Both the position numbers and the translations under genes were made by a program. The notes beneath the pieces are model-generated. The model was not told the origin of the DNA, ran no database searches, and worked only from the letters and a program-made list of their open reading frames with translations. This document shows positions 41,755 through 55,890 of a stretch of DNA of 64,000 nucleotides, piece after piece (within the stretch, counting starts at the first letter, position 1; each line of letters begins with the position of its first letter). The DNA is from Styela clava (Eukaryota), in assembly GCF_964204865.1 (NCBI RefSeq), contig NC_135252.1:5704001-5768000 (forward strand), given 5' to 3'.

Positions 41755-43641
41755 TTGTTTATTGTACGTCAGTTGTACCTAATCTGCAATATCAGAGAGA
41801 ATTCATTACCGCAGCAAATAAATATTGCAGACAGACAGTGAAAGTAGCAAAGAACTACAAAACTAATTGGCAATGCTGTTGTAATCAGAAAAAAAATGGC
41901 AATTCTACCGCTTTTACTCAAAAACTGATTCTTTACTACGTTTGGCGCCTGGATATCGTGTGAAAGATATCTTAAAATTCAGCAGAACAGACGTACAAAG
42001 TAAAAAACCCAAAACCAAAAGTTTGTATTTATCTTTGACTCGCCAGTATGTTGTCTACCATCCGTCGCGGTTCACGGCGTTGAAACAACTGAGATTTGCC
42101 TATGCGGAACACGAGTTCGTCATAAAATATTAAGTACACCTCCGATTTTCGGACGTACGGGCAAGCATAACCGTATTTACACAAAAGGTTGAGGTCACGA
42201 CATAGGTTTGCCTAACAAACTCAACAGATAATATCAGTATTTATAGAGAATTGATTTATAAATTGGCAATCTGTGTAATTTTTATTATCAAACAATGTGA
42301 ATATTTACCCGAATTAAGGACGGAACCCGTGACGTATGACGTAACTGTTGATGCAGAGTAATGACAAAAACAAATCCGCGCCGCAGTTTCGTGCTTTGGC
42401 TGACGGTTATTCGATGTTTGTTTCATAAAACCGGATACCACGCAGTTGTGCTAACTGTACCCAGTATTGGCATCTTGTATTTTGTAGAAAAAGATGAAAG
42501 CTCAAAAAAGTATAATAAATGTGATGAAAGTAATTTTTTTGCACGCTTTGATGTATGGATCTTCAAGTCGGGTAGAAGTAGAAGTCCAATGATTAGAGTA
42601 TAAAACAATAAGAAGATACCAAGGGTATGTAATTAAATGTCCCGCAATATTGGTTTCGTCTTTTGAGATAGACGATTTCGAATTTTAAAGTTATTATTTA
42701 ATTTTAAAATAGCGTTTCTATATAGGGCCTAGAGCACGTGTAACCTTGCCTACCACGAGTACAATAAACATAGCCTGACATAAGCCGATTTCCCTTTGCA
42801 GTATACGGTCGCCTAATGTATGTGTATAGAACAGACCGGGGTGTGGCACCATGATCCAAACGCCCAACATTTAAAATTCCTTGAGCTATTTATTTACCAA
42901 TGAGGTTACTGCATCTCCGGTTGAAGTCACAAAGCCCAAACGATTACATAAATATGTCGCGAAAAAAAATGACAATTTTTGGCCACATATTTTATTGTCA
43001 AGCTAAACTGGACGGGATACACCGGCTGGACATATATACTACCGGATAGTTAGAAATCCCTCATCCTACGATCCCACAATAAAATTCATGCGTAATGGTC
43101 GACAATAGTAACCACTTTTTATATTGACTGGAAATGCCCATTTATTCATGTAACTCCTTGTTAAATTATATCAAGAGCGGCTATATATAACAAATTCTTC
43201 TCCTCACGGAAATATTATGAAGTTTTTTTACAATAATTTTTTAATTCACAGTCACCGAAAAACAATAAAAGGTCACCGTGACCCCCCCATCCCCTCCCCT
43301 ATCCCTTTTTTTTATGTTCAGCATTGTGATCATATCGAAAGGCGTCGAACAACCCACTCAAATGTCAAAATAATATTTTGGTGAACAGTGTTCTGTATTG
43401 TCACCAGTATCGTCATAAAGATTTAAGAACAAAAAGAAAGAAAAGTTAAACAGAAGAAGAAACATTCCCGACAACAGTTTGGTCAATAAGAATAATAATA
43501 TCAATATTTGAAGTAAAATTCATAATACTGTTATGTCATGGCAAAAACAAGGCCACCAAGTGAGTAATGTCACTCTGCATGTAGTAAGCCATCATCTTCA
43601 ATAAAACAAGCTGATTTGTGATGAAATAATAGAGGATAAAG

Positions 43642-46600
43642 CTATGGCAACGCTTGTATTTCCTCAGCAAAATTATCAAAATCTACTGCATCCTTTTCAT
43701 AATCTTCCAATTGTTTAGTAAGATCGAGCTTTAATGAAGAAAAAAATAGAGTTACACGACTCGAACATAGATAAAAGTGCACTAAAAGCTTTTGTCAATC
43801 TTTCAGACTAACCATTGAGAATGTGCTCTTGAAATAATCTAGCCCTAGTTACACATCACTGGTTGATTGTGATACCATATCATATTAGCTACTATATTAT
43901 TATATTTTGTGCACAAAAACTGAAAAGACTGTAGAATGAAAACTTTACGCATGATGCTTATTAGGAGTTACCCATAAATAAACCAACTTACAAGAGTCAA
44001 AAAGGAGTGCTTATATATGGCACTTCATAATCATAAAAAGACAAAAAATAAAGAAAAACGTACAAGTGCTTCCTGAGTTTCCTGGCCATTGTTGTCTTGA
44101 AACATTACAAGATCTGGAGCATTCTCACATTCTCGATAAAATGTTCCAAGATCCCCTGCTGAATCATTTTTTCCAAATGCGGGATTCTTGGAAGCAAGGA
44201 ATAAATAAGGATCAACATTGAGTAAGACATGGGAAGGATAATACAATTCAAACTTACAAGATCAACCATTACAAATTCATCTGCGGGAGATGGCAAGCCT
44301 AATATGTTTTCTTTACTGGGGCTTGATTCACTGCTTTGGTGAGATGATAAACTGCTTTGACTTGACAGTCTTGTAATTGTGCTGAAACAATTAATAAAAC
44401 AAATATGGTATCCTCAAATGTTTTACATTTCATTCGTATATTTTGGATATGAAACTAAATTATGATCCACGAATGTCTATTACTCGGATTGTAACTTAGG
44501 AGTAGTAAACTTGTGTGTGAGATATCTTTCAAAAATAAACCATTTAGATTTAAATATCACTGAAAAGCTTGTCTGACAAATCAAATTTGAACTGAATATA
44601 GATAGAAACTGCTGCTTTGATGCACATTATTGTGCACAACTTTATCATTATTAGGTAAAATCCCAAATGAGAATAGAATACTAACATGCTAACAGCTAAC
44701 TACATGCAGTATAAGATGCAGTATCTAAGCTGATAAGCCATCTTCAATAAGATTGAACCAAATTAAAGTAGAGATTGGATAAAAAGACGGAAAGTTTGAT
44801 CCATGTACCTGGCATCTTCTCGTCCACTCTCAGGAGACGTATCTGAACTTGAATTAGTTTCATTTGTCGTATTATTTCTTTTTGTTCTCCTTCCAGAAGT
44901 TCTGGAATTATCTTCAGTAATTAAATCTTCAAATGGTAATTTGTGACCTCCAGAAACACCAATTAGTGTATCCTGTGCTCTAGCTGCTGTTTTGCTGTTC
45001 GACACAAATGCACCAGTGCTGAATGCATAAAAGTGTGCTTTTTAACAAAGATTTACTTTACTTTGGCCCGACAGTGTGGCACCTATGATTACCATGCATG
45101 TGTTCGTAAAATAAATATGTAAATTCTATCCTTGTATGAAACTGTGCGATTTACAGGTCGAGTATATACAGTCCTTATTTTCAACTTAACAAAAATATAC
45201 AGGTGGAATGTATACAATACCTTGGTTTGTGTAACTGATGCTGTTGCTGTTTAGGTGCCGTGGATGAAACTTCAGTTACCACAGATGCAGCATGATGAGA
45301 AGGTGGAAGATGTGCTAAATGAGTTGTTGTCTCTGCATTATCAGGGAATCCAACTCTTGCATTAGAAGGTGAATTGCTTTTCAATGCAGTTACGATGTCA
45401 GTGTTTGCAGTTCTATTTCCACTCTTGACAGTTATAATCTTTCGACTTCTTCTATGATTTGATGATGATCTTGAAGAGTTTTCATTAAATGATTCGTCTG
45501 TTATAGGTTTAAATACATTTCTTTTGTCCATTAGGATATCGGATGAAGTGTTGTCTTTCGGTACACTGGATGAAGTAGTTCTACGACGATTGCTTGAACC
45601 TATTAAAACAAGAATAGTAAGCACATCAATGAATGGCCCGCGGACCAAATTTGGCCCACGAGGAAAAATTGTGCGGCCCACAGCCAAGTGCCAATTTTAA
45701 ATGGTGTGCGGCCAGGGAAACAAGTTTTTTATTTAGTTTAATCTGGTAGGTGCAAGTAATTCCAATTCCTTTGCGTTGCAAAGCCTATACCTGAGTCCAA
45801 TTTATTATCTATGCCAATGACGTTAAAATGGCGTACGACTCATGTCATACAATTATTGAACCAAAAGTTTTGTGCCTGCAACTACTAGAAATCCTATTTT
45901 AAATTAAGGTGCGACCCACAGTTTCACCCAGTTTGTATTCGACCCTCCTGTATTGAGGTTGCGCACTCCTGCTGAACACGATTCATCATTGATATTAAGT
46001 TATCATGTGGACTTTCATTAGACTTACCTATGATATTGCAAGGGAAGAACATCAAAACATAGTAAGACAGAAACGTTTTATTACAAATAGACCATAATTT
46101 AAACTAATTATTCATATTACATTATTTTCTAACAACTGAATCTAGGAAAATAATAAATCAGTTTCTATCTGATACGCACCCTGCATATGATGAACATTCT
46201 GCTGTTGCGATGTTCTGTAAAAATGATGAAAAGTAATGTAATCTAAGGTAATAAGATATGGTACTTTGCATCTTCAATAATTTAACTTCCAAACAATAAC
46301 TACAAATATTTTGTATATGTTTGAGATAATACAATATTTGATTTGTTTATCGTTACAAACTTGTGTATTTCCTCAATGCAACACAAAATGCTTTATAATT
46401 ACATCATATTCAAGTCAAAAAATGGCCAGTTTCCCGGTTCAAATCCAATGATACCCCTCACCCTACTCAGATTGTAATAAACTGTGTAGGCAATGCCAAA
46501 TCGCAAAGATTTCAGTCCTACCAAAAAGAGTAGCTTACCGTATATCATAAAAGTGGTGGTTTATACCGGGCAGTCGGGCACTGTTCAGACCAGAGCGATA

Positions 46601-49600
46601 ATAAAGCTTGTATATAAAAACATGGCTTAATGTAATAGCTGAAAGCATTGGCGGAAAAGAAATACTAACAAAACTCAGTTTAAGTGGAATTATTTACCTT
46701 GTTCCATCATCTATTGGGTCAGAAAAGTTCTTTTCCGATTGGGAATGAATAAAAGTCTGTTGTTGTATTCTGCTGGTATGAATTTGTTTTCCCTCTCTGT
46801 CCCGAAGATAATCACTATGTCGTCTGTGATCCACAGAATGAGATGAAGTAGTTTTTGATTTCATTGTTGAATTTTGTGTCGGTGGTGTGCCGACACTGAA
46901 TATTGCACCCTGTTGAAAAACACAATTTTCTCAATATGATGTATTTACTATTTATATGCATTTCGCGCAGAACGAGGCTCCGCACAGGCAGCTCCCGCAA
47001 GGAAAGGAGCTACAATAGTTCGGAAAGACCGAAATCTTTTCGGTTTGCCATTGCCTTCCAAACTTATTTTCTCGGCCCACAAACTTTATTATATAATTTA
47101 ATACAACATAATAAACATAACAATATGAAGTTTCCAACCCAGGACAATTGCACCTGAATACTATTGCACCCATGGAAATTTGCACCTACGAACATTTGAA
47201 CCCATACTAACCCATAGATTTTAGCACCCTTGTATAGATTGAACCCGCGGATATACGGGTGCAAATGTTTGGGTTCAAATGTGCTGTCACCCAATCTGAA
47301 CATATTATTAGCAATTTATCGCTTTAATTTATTTTGAATGATAAAGACAGGAGAGTGACAGTATTTTGTTATCTCATAAAATTAGGTTTACTAAGAAACA
47401 AAAACAATACATGTTGGACAGCAACAAATTATAAGTATTTAATAGTTCTTACAGCCATATCACCAGGAAACTTATGTTGTGACATTCCTAAACCAAGTTC
47501 ACCAGGTGATGTTGAGAATGATGTTGGTAAGACACCATATGAAGGTGACTCTATAGGGTGACAAGTTGGTGATTCTCCATCCATATCTCTAGAACTAAAT
47601 TAAATAGTGTATTTAGAACCGAAACTGAAATAGTTGTCTGAATCAGTGGTTCCTGGACTGTGGGTTGCAAAATAAATTCAATATTAGTATTATCTCGAAT
47701 ATTGAGGAGTCAATAAACAATAGGAAATGATAAGTAAAAAATATCAGTGTATTGTTAAAAAAAGATAAGATTATAAAGAGTAATATATAAAAAAAAACTT
47801 AGGTTCATAATTGAACTTATTTATACTTACCTCATTATACGTGATTGCAGCGTATGACAAGGTCGTGCTGGTGACAGAGTAGCATTCTTGGGTGAAGTAA
47901 AATGATCAGGACTGACCTTCATAAGGTCTCCAGTTCCAGGATGTCTGATTAGAATTAGAGGATGTTATTCACCAGATTTAAGAGCAATGTGTTATCTCAT
48001 CACTTAGAGCTATTTTTCAATCATATCCATTGTAATCTGAACTTGGCAACTTTTCAAGTCAAAAACTTAAAAGATTGAAGATTGAAGAAATTTCCCTGAA
48101 AATACTAGTATACACGGGAAGTGTTCAAAGAAGAAATTTGCACAACAAGAAAAAACACAAAAGTTTCCTTTATCTAATAGCATGCAAATGTTACATACAG
48201 TTTTCAATTAGATCGAGAAATTGTGGCATTATCATTATATAACAAATATGAAACAGTGCAACAATTAGAACTATGCGCCGTGTCCCGTTAATAATTTCAG
48301 TTGGAAACTGTAGGTAGGCTACCTGGCAGATTAGTAATTTCTTGAATTTGTGTAAACAGCAACAATGATGTCGGTTTAGGAAATTGGTAATCTTATATTC
48401 AACAGTTCCATTTTAAATATTGGCTTAACAGGGATAATATACTTTATTTTAACGCCCCAACTTCGATTGGTTCTTGTAGGCATCAAAATGGATAATGGAC
48501 TGATTACAAACGTGGTTGCATTAAGGCAGGCAATGACTGAGCCAAAAAAATGCCTCGACTTGATCTGATAATATCTAACATGCAAGCTCAAGTTTCGCAT
48601 TAATAGTAAATCACATGAGGATACATTGCTTTCTTTCCATATTATATTAATAAAAGCTCATTGTGGGTCGAACAGGAAAAATGGCAATAAAAGTGGGTGG
48701 GGAATTGAAAAAGTTGGGAAGCACTAATGTGGAGTAAGATTCTTGGTGAAATACTGGGACCTATTATAAGAGATTAAAACATAGAATACAAGTAATAGCT
48801 TTCTAGCAATCTTCTTCCATCTTCAAGTATCGAAAAATTTAAAATAGATTGAGCCATTGAATAATAGCAAATTTTTGAACATCAATACCAATAAGAATTT
48901 AGCCAAACGATCTGTATGTGAATTTTGTGTTCAAAAGTTGCAAATTGAAATATTATATTCAATTTAAAACTAACAAAAATCTTACAATTTCTTTGTTGAC
49001 ACATGCAAATTTTCAGCTGTACGAAAAACTGCAGACAACATCAATGTACCAGTTGGAGTTCCGATTGAACCAACACGCAGGGTTTTAAAACCCTCACCAA
49101 GTCCACTGATATCAACTTTTCCCATGTAAACTCTATAAATTCAAGTCGTCAAATTTTCGTATATATTTACCAAATAAAAAGTATATATTATCAAGACTTT
49201 TATTATAAATGGATTATGAGTTATAATTCATAAATTATTATTATAAATATATTATAATTTATAAATGGATACCTGAAATCATTAACCAATTTCCCGCCGA
49301 AATAACGATCCATGTGAAATTTAGCAACTTTAGAACATACCATGACTGTGTTGAAACATATATACGGTACCTACATTAAGACTATTTATATAAAAATAAA
49401 TTATTTTCAATGCAGACCAACGAACAGAATGACATGACTATGCTATTTTTTCAGTGGGAGTGACAATATAAAATCCAACCTGAAGCAAATGACATATTCG
49501 GATCCCTGTTTTTGTGATAGTTTATATGCTGGTGTTGCACGAGAAACACACATAAGGGATTTCAATAAAAGGGACATTCTGTTGTAAACAGTATGATGAA

Positions 49601-50935
49601 TTCGGACATCTTCATACCTAGATTAGTTGTAGAAAGACAATATTACAGTATTTCTGTTAATATGAAGATTAAATTTTGTGGACCTTCTAAAGTATGCGCA
49701 CCAAGATGGAGTACAATCTGAACTCAGGTTGTGTACCAGGTTAGGGTTCAGGTTGTGCGACATCTTGGTGCGCATACTTCAGGAGTACCAATTTTGTTTT
49801 ACTGATATATGTAGTAACCAACTAAGGAACAGTCTCACAAACCACCCTTATTAAAGATTACTCATACAATATAGTAAAAAAAGATATCGTGATAATTCAA
49901 AATAAATTTTGTTTGATCTGGCAGCATTTCAATGCTTTTCTGAAATATAATTGTCAATTAAATAACGAAATTATGAAATTTCATGAGTGGAATAGCATAG
50001 ACGAATGATTAATAATTTAACTAATCCCCAGTGGATTCATACACTACATGAATAGCATAAGTTTACTGAAAAACTTTGGCATCAGATCAGTGAACTTTTA
50101 CATTAAGGCTTAAAAACAATGAACATACTTCCTTTTCACACTCAAAGACCACACCTCCAGGGTAAGCGATTCAGAATCGCTTGTTCTCAGTGAAATTTCA
50201 ATAATAAAACTCGAATCAAAAGTGGGATTTCCTTCAATTAATGCGAACTTCGCTTCTTTTTGTATTTCAGGATAATCTTTAATCGCAAGATTGAACTAAA
50301 GAGAGAAAAATGGAATCAATGAGGAAAGGAATAAAAAAACAGATAAAATTTATATCCTACTAAAAAAGCCCTGGCTCCCGCGAAGTAAAATGATTACAGC
50401 AGTTTTATGTTAGAGGCATTGGGATTCAATGAAAGGGAAGGGGAGAAGCCAAATACTCCTAATTAATTACATGTTACAGCGGTTCCTAAAGTATAAATCA
50501 AGATTGGTAAAAATGGGTCGTAGGTCTACAAAACACACTTCCTAGTAAGAACTAGATTAATGCATCATAAGCAGTTTTCTGAAAGTTTCAATAACCACTG
50601 GCATTAAAGTATATGTTGCGAATCCAAGTCCAAGTAGATTTGAGTTTGATGAAATGATGCCAAATGGGTCTTTCAATGCTAAAGGTTGCCGACCTTTGAT
50701 AAAATATCAATAAGCCATTTGATCAATTTCGCATTTCAAAATATTTATCAGTATTTGAAAACTTAATTGTAATATAGTTTACCCATTCTGCACCAGTTGG
50801 CAATGGACTGCACTGTGATGATATAGATTTTCCAAGTCGACCCTGAACAATAACTTGTGCTGTTTTCACACATAGAAACTTTGAGAATTTATCCAAGTCT
50901 TTTTTGTCTTGAGCAGATATCAAAGGTTGTTGCAT
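43642..50935 (-). CDS. ATG13: Autophagy-related protein 13, ~676 aa, 13 exons
   Basis: Exons 50783-50935, 50129-50295, 49480-49617, 48986-49132, 47831-47944, 47453-47594, 46698-46909, 46180-46214, 45221-45599, 44809-45018, 44258-44381, 44064-44186, 43642-43728 (2031 nt). HORMA domain ([26 protein letters not shown]...WFNLAIKD...[19 protein letters not shown]), TSFSTSP, LIR DEFVMV, C-terminal [15 protein letters not shown]. Confidence 0.95.
45630..45971. mobile_element. hAT/Charlie-like MITE in an ATG13 intron
   Basis: GGCCCGCGG/CGGCCC subterminal repeats and terminus AGGTTGCGCACTCCTG. Confidence 0.5.
47135..47292. mobile_element. Partial copy of the 9013-9188 MITE family
   Basis: Shares GACAATTGCACCTG..ACTATTGCAC..TTTGAACCCATACTAACC..TAGATTGAACCCGCGGATATAC..GGGTTCAAATGT. 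Confidence 0.8.
49680..49789. mobile_element. 110-bp Merlin-like MITE, 8-bp TSD AATTTTGT
   Basis: Same family as 7893-8002; TSD at 49672-49679 and 49790-49797. Confidence 0.9.
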
Positions 50936-53259
50936 TGTAAATAGTCTATTAAATAACTATCATGATCTATTATTATTTTAATACGAGATTTCTTCAGTCA
51001 GTCAATGGAGATCAAACTAGCACAGAAATAAAGTACCGTAGGAATTTAACCAAAATTATGCCTTGAATGTCAAAGCATCCAATAATTGCTATATTTATGA
51101 CAATTTGTGTAAAAATACTCCATAACTCTCAAACTTTATCTGCTTCCGTGCTGTCTGATATGATATTTGAACTTTTCGCTTGATTGCACACAAAGGTCAC
51201 CGTGAGAGTCACTTCACAGTGGTGTCAGTACCGGTACTACAGTACTATCCAATTTTTTCAAATACATATTATCCAGTTGTTTAATATTATCAAATATTTA
51301 AGATATTATGGTCATAAATGTACAATAGTTACCGTACATGAAAAACAAAAATGACAATTAGCAAATAAATAATTCACACTATTACTATTAGTAATAAATT
51401 AAGTTAAAACAATCTCATCTTTCATTTTTCAGTACCAGAGTACCGGTAGTCTACCTAGGGCTGATGTATTTATGTACAAAACTTTGGCATAATATAGACT
51501 ATTAACATATTTGTTATCATTCCTATGACTTTCTAAACTAAGTCTGTGTTCCAACACCCTTCTACATCCACTCTCTGACTCTTGTTACATCTGTTTTTGA
51601 CCTCCCCACTTTTAATTTTTTCTTTCACCATTCTTACATACCGTTTTTGACCCCCTGCGCAAAGGGGCCAGGCTTACTGGCAAATGTACCATCGATAATT
51701 CAAATAAAAAACAAAAATATTTCAATGGTTTGAAGAACCCTTGCTGTATTGGCCTGTAGACTACAATAACATAATAATTAATTGTCTTCCAATTGTCTAA
51801 ATTTTGGCATTGTATAAATATACGGTATATAATAGAAGACTTAATATGACAAAACAAAATGTTCTCCGAGTTGTAGAAGGTAAAACGCAACGGTGGCAAA
51901 TCCAAACCTTTTGTGGGTTACACAGCTCTATGCAATGGGATTTGTTTGTTTGTGTGCGATCGCGATGACGTAAAGAAAATAAAAATAGCGCATCTTGTGG
52001 CGGTACCGCGTTGGTGCTTTCTGGTGAGAGGGAGCAATGAGCATATATACAATGAGTGGAAACTTGCAAAGATTTGCTCATTTTGGTATTGTTCCCTGCA
52101 TTTTTTACGTCGTCCGGCTAAATGGTTCGTTGCATATTAAGAAAACGCATTGCTCGCTGCCAAAATCCCTTGCTTCGGCCAGGTCGGGTGCGAAATTGGC
52201 CGTATTGAGGTCTTTAATTCTTCAATACATATTTGGTTTTGGGTTTCGAAGTATGGTATGCTGAAAGCATACAACTATGAGCATATGCTTATTGGGAATG
52301 CATATCTATTAGACAGAAAACGTAGCTACAGTACAGAATATGAACCAGTCGCCCAGTGGAGTGCGGTTATTTATGTATTTATCAGGATAAGGATTTACAT
52401 ATTTATCCCGGGGGAAAGGAAAGCCGATAAGACGGCTTATTCATATGGCGAACCACGGTCTCTCGTCTGGTTACCATTCCAAGTCGGGTATGGGATTAGT
52501 TATATTGTTTGTTTTCGGAAGCATGGACTTGAAGCATGGAAATATGGAGAAAAATATAGAGAATTATAGAATAAACAACCCATTTGAGAGGGAATTGAAA
52601 AATTTATGTAAAGCGTTATTTCAAAAAGAAAATTATATGTTTATGATATGTATTTTATATTTACTAATTTCATTTTTATTGTTTTATATAATGCATTTAT
52701 TAAAATAACCTAATTATGGTATGGATTACTACTGGAATTGAACAAAATAAATACTGAATCATGGATGCAAAATGGAATATGAACTTATTTATATTATATA
52801 TATTATTTTATATTAACCGTAATTAAAATCACTCATTGAGTGAACGAATGAGCATACTGTAATGCTTATTGGGAATACATACCATCTATTAGGCAGAAAA
52901 CTTAACTACAGAACAGAATATGAACCAGCCAAGTGGTGACCTGGGATATTGTATTCATTGATATAGATAGAGATAGTTTATTTTGAAAAGTTCACAATCT
53001 GACAATACAAACAAATAAAAAATGGAGAGTTCTGGAGAGCGAGCAAAACCTTTAAAAAAGTTTAAAACACGATGAGTATTATGTGCCCGCCGTGTTATAG
53101 CAAGTAGTAATGTGTAATGAATTTAATTCACTGTGGTAAATGAATTGCTATCTTTTTATTTGTTATGAGCACACTTGCTGGAACTCCATAATCTATTATT
53201 TTATTTGTTAGTAACACTTTTTATAAAAATATCGAATTGTTTATCATACTTGCATCCAT

Positions 53260-53615
53260 ATTTCGCTCTAAATTCAATGACACTTCCTCTGTATCCAAAT
53301 ATCTATGTACATGACCACATTATTTATTTTTTAGTAATACTTCATTTAAAAGAATCTTAATGTTTATTATACTTTCTATTCTGGTATTTAATCAGTTTTC
53401 TGCCTTGAATTTTATTCTATGATACTTGCTCTGTATCCAAATATCTATATGTATATGAGCACCTCATTTATTTTTTAGTACCGGTAGTACTCATTTAAAA
53501 ATAACCTATTGTTTATCATTGCTATTTTAGTATATTATCAATATTTCGCCTTAAAATTCATTCTATGATACGTGCTCTGTAGCCGAATATAGATATGTAC
53601 ATGAGCACTTTATTT
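53260..53615. repeat. Degenerate ~140-bp tandem repeat, ~2.5 copies
   Basis: CTCTGTA(T/G)CC(A/G)AATAT...ATGTA(C/T)ATGA(C/G)CAC recurs at ~53287, 53429, 53575. Confidence 0.7.
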
Positions 53616-54579
53616 CATATATATATATATCTGCTGGAGAAGGGTCAAATCCTGATCATGTATTAATGTGTGTCACTATCCTCCAAATCACTTGCCAGTC
53701 ATAATCAAGTATTATAATTTGATGGGTTCAAATTATAGTGTATAAAGAAATATACTCATGATTGCTATAATAATAGAATTTTCCTCATCTTTGCTCATAA
53801 AAAACCCATGTCCTATCACATTCATTTTTAGTAGACAAATTTTCCAAATAATAGGTATCCTCGCTAACCCATTTTTATGCAGTTGATATGCAATACATGT
53901 CAACTTATCAGCTGAATAAATGATGATCTTAGGACAAAACATGATTATTTAGTACTTTCCAAATCAAAAATTCTTGTGAATAATGTATATAGTGAATACG
54001 GTATATGAGAGCTATTGAAGAATTTAACACCGAACCTGTTAATTGACCCCAAATGTTGTAACGTTGTCTCCCAGTCAAACACCTGAGCATCTGTTTTTTT
54101 TTTATTATAATTTATATATGTTCATGGTTTGACGAACGAAATAAACTCTCCCTCTCTATTAGTTTAAAATACTGTAAATATTTGCATATCAAAACTTGTC
54201 ACTTATTTTGTTCCATCCATGTATTTTCAACTGTTTTTCCAATAAAACGTACTTATGCCTTACTGTTACTACTGTTATTTGTAGCTTATTATTGTTAGCT
54301 AACTATTTTGAGGTGGGGCGCAAGACTTCACAAATTCTAAAAAGGGGGTGCGGCTTGAAAAGTTTGTATGTAGTAGACCCTAACCTGGTACACATGGTTC
54401 CGGTGTCTACCAACTGGGTTTACATACTTCAATTTGTATTACAGTTGTAAAACAGAAAAAGGCTGAATGTCGGTCTTATTCCATCTGTAAATTTACCAAA
54501 AACTCCACAAAGAATGAACAATGTGCCAGACCATGTGTATTATCGATGAAATGAAAAGTGACATATAAAAAATACAGAA

Positions 54580-54990
54580 GCTGTAGAAAATATTTTGCAT
54601 TCCAAAAAAATTAGTTCACATATTAAATATTTTACATTACAAAAAAATGGTGCTCCAGAAGTATGTGTACCAATATGAAGGTAACTAATTTTGTTCGCCT
54701 ATTTTATATCAAGTTGTGTAAATGGACTAAATTCTATCGGTAGGGGGATATTCACTTGTGTAACACAGACAATTCCCGAACTTTTAATAGAACAAAAATA
54801 AGGAGAATCGTAACCTAACCTGGTACACATACTACAAGAGTACCGAAAAAACAGCCCACATAGTAAAAGCAGTTATGGAAATACTTTACATTACAGAAAA
54901 ATTAATTCACATAGTAAATAGCAGACGCAGGATGTATTTTGCATTGCAGAAAAAATAGCTCACATAGTTAATAGCAGTCCTGAAATATTT
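54580..54990. repeat. Degenerate ~52-bp tandem repeat interrupted by a MITE
   Basis: Recurrent TATTTT(G/A)CATT..AGAAAAA.TAG.TCACATAGT.AATAGCAG. Confidence 0.6.
54649..54844. mobile_element. Merlin-like MITE, TIR-related to the 110-bp family
   Basis: GGTGCTCCAGAAGTATGTGTACCA ... TGGTACACATACTACAAGAGTACC; degenerate A-rich TSD. Confidence 0.75.
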
Positions 54991-55890
54991 CTCACTATTG
55001 ATAACAAAAGTATAATTGCATCCAAATCAACAGTATCTATATGACTATATAAAGAATCGTTAAAATTAAATGATATGCAAGAATCATATTGATAACAAAA
55101 TGTATTCTAATCAATTTTAATATATCTAAAACAAAATCTTCATAAATATTTTTTGTAATTTACAATACATGAAAATATGTGAAACAAACTCAGGTTCTCC
55201 ATTACATAATACACACATTTCATTCCCTGATTTTCTTCCAATTTCTGGGTTTTGTTTTCAAAGGCAAGATACCAGGTATCCCAGAGTAATTTATAGTTAA
55301 AATCAGTATTTTAATAAGTAAACGAATAGCTCGCAGAGCCATGTGATTCATATGGAGGACAGAGCTATGATTGTGAGAGGCCGTGGTTCGCCATGTATTT
55401 AGGCATTCTTCTCGGCTTTCCTCTTCCATGGATAAATATGTAAATCCCATGTTATATCAATGAATAAATACATAAATAACCGCACCCCTCTCGGCGACTG
55501 GTTCATATTCTGTTCTGTAGATACGTTTTCTGCCTAATAGATATGCATTCCCAATAAGCATATGCTCATAGTTGTATGCTTTCAGCGTACCATACTTCGA
55601 AATCCAAAACCAAAGATGTATTGAAGAATTACATACCTCAATACGGCCAATTTCGCACCCGACTCGGCTGAAGCAAGGGATTTTGGCAGCGAGCAATGCG
55701 TTTTCTTAATATGCAACGAACCATTTAGCTGGACGACGTAAAAATGCAGGGAACAATACCAAAATGAGCAAATCTTTGCAAGTTTCCACTCATTGTATAT
55801 ATGCTCATTGGAGGGAGGGAGTGATTTCATTTTTTCGTGAACCAAAATAATATAACAGTATAACATCGTAAGAATAAAAATGATAACAAC

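Larger units (their letters stand above)
32938..42002. repeat. Tandem segmental duplication (units ~32938-37502 and ~37828-42002)
   Basis: Alignable exons, introns, promoter and 3' flank; both units start GCTACTAACATAA(G/A)CTGAAAATTTGATAAGTACACAC and end GACGTACAAAGT. Confidence 0.95.
52035..55810. repeat. Long inverted repeat: arms ~52035-52464 and ~55375-55810, ~2.9-kb spacer
   Basis: The arms are reverse complements (the ORF track shows mirrored MLAAKIPCF... ORFs); the inner ends are SINE tails. Confidence 0.9.

Noticed and set aside
47595-47657. Upstream alternative acceptor for ATG13 exon 6
   Set aside because: Introduces an in-frame TAA; the 47594 acceptor keeps the frame.
52150-52569. 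139-aa ORF with a mirrored copy at 55457-55696
   Set aside because: Lies in the inverted-repeat arms and runs into a SINE tail; upstream indels differ between copies; no protein-like features.
53260-54990. Regularly recurring units, possible CRISPR-like array
   Set aside because: Degenerate tandem repeats without unique spacers, in a eukaryotic context with no cas genes.
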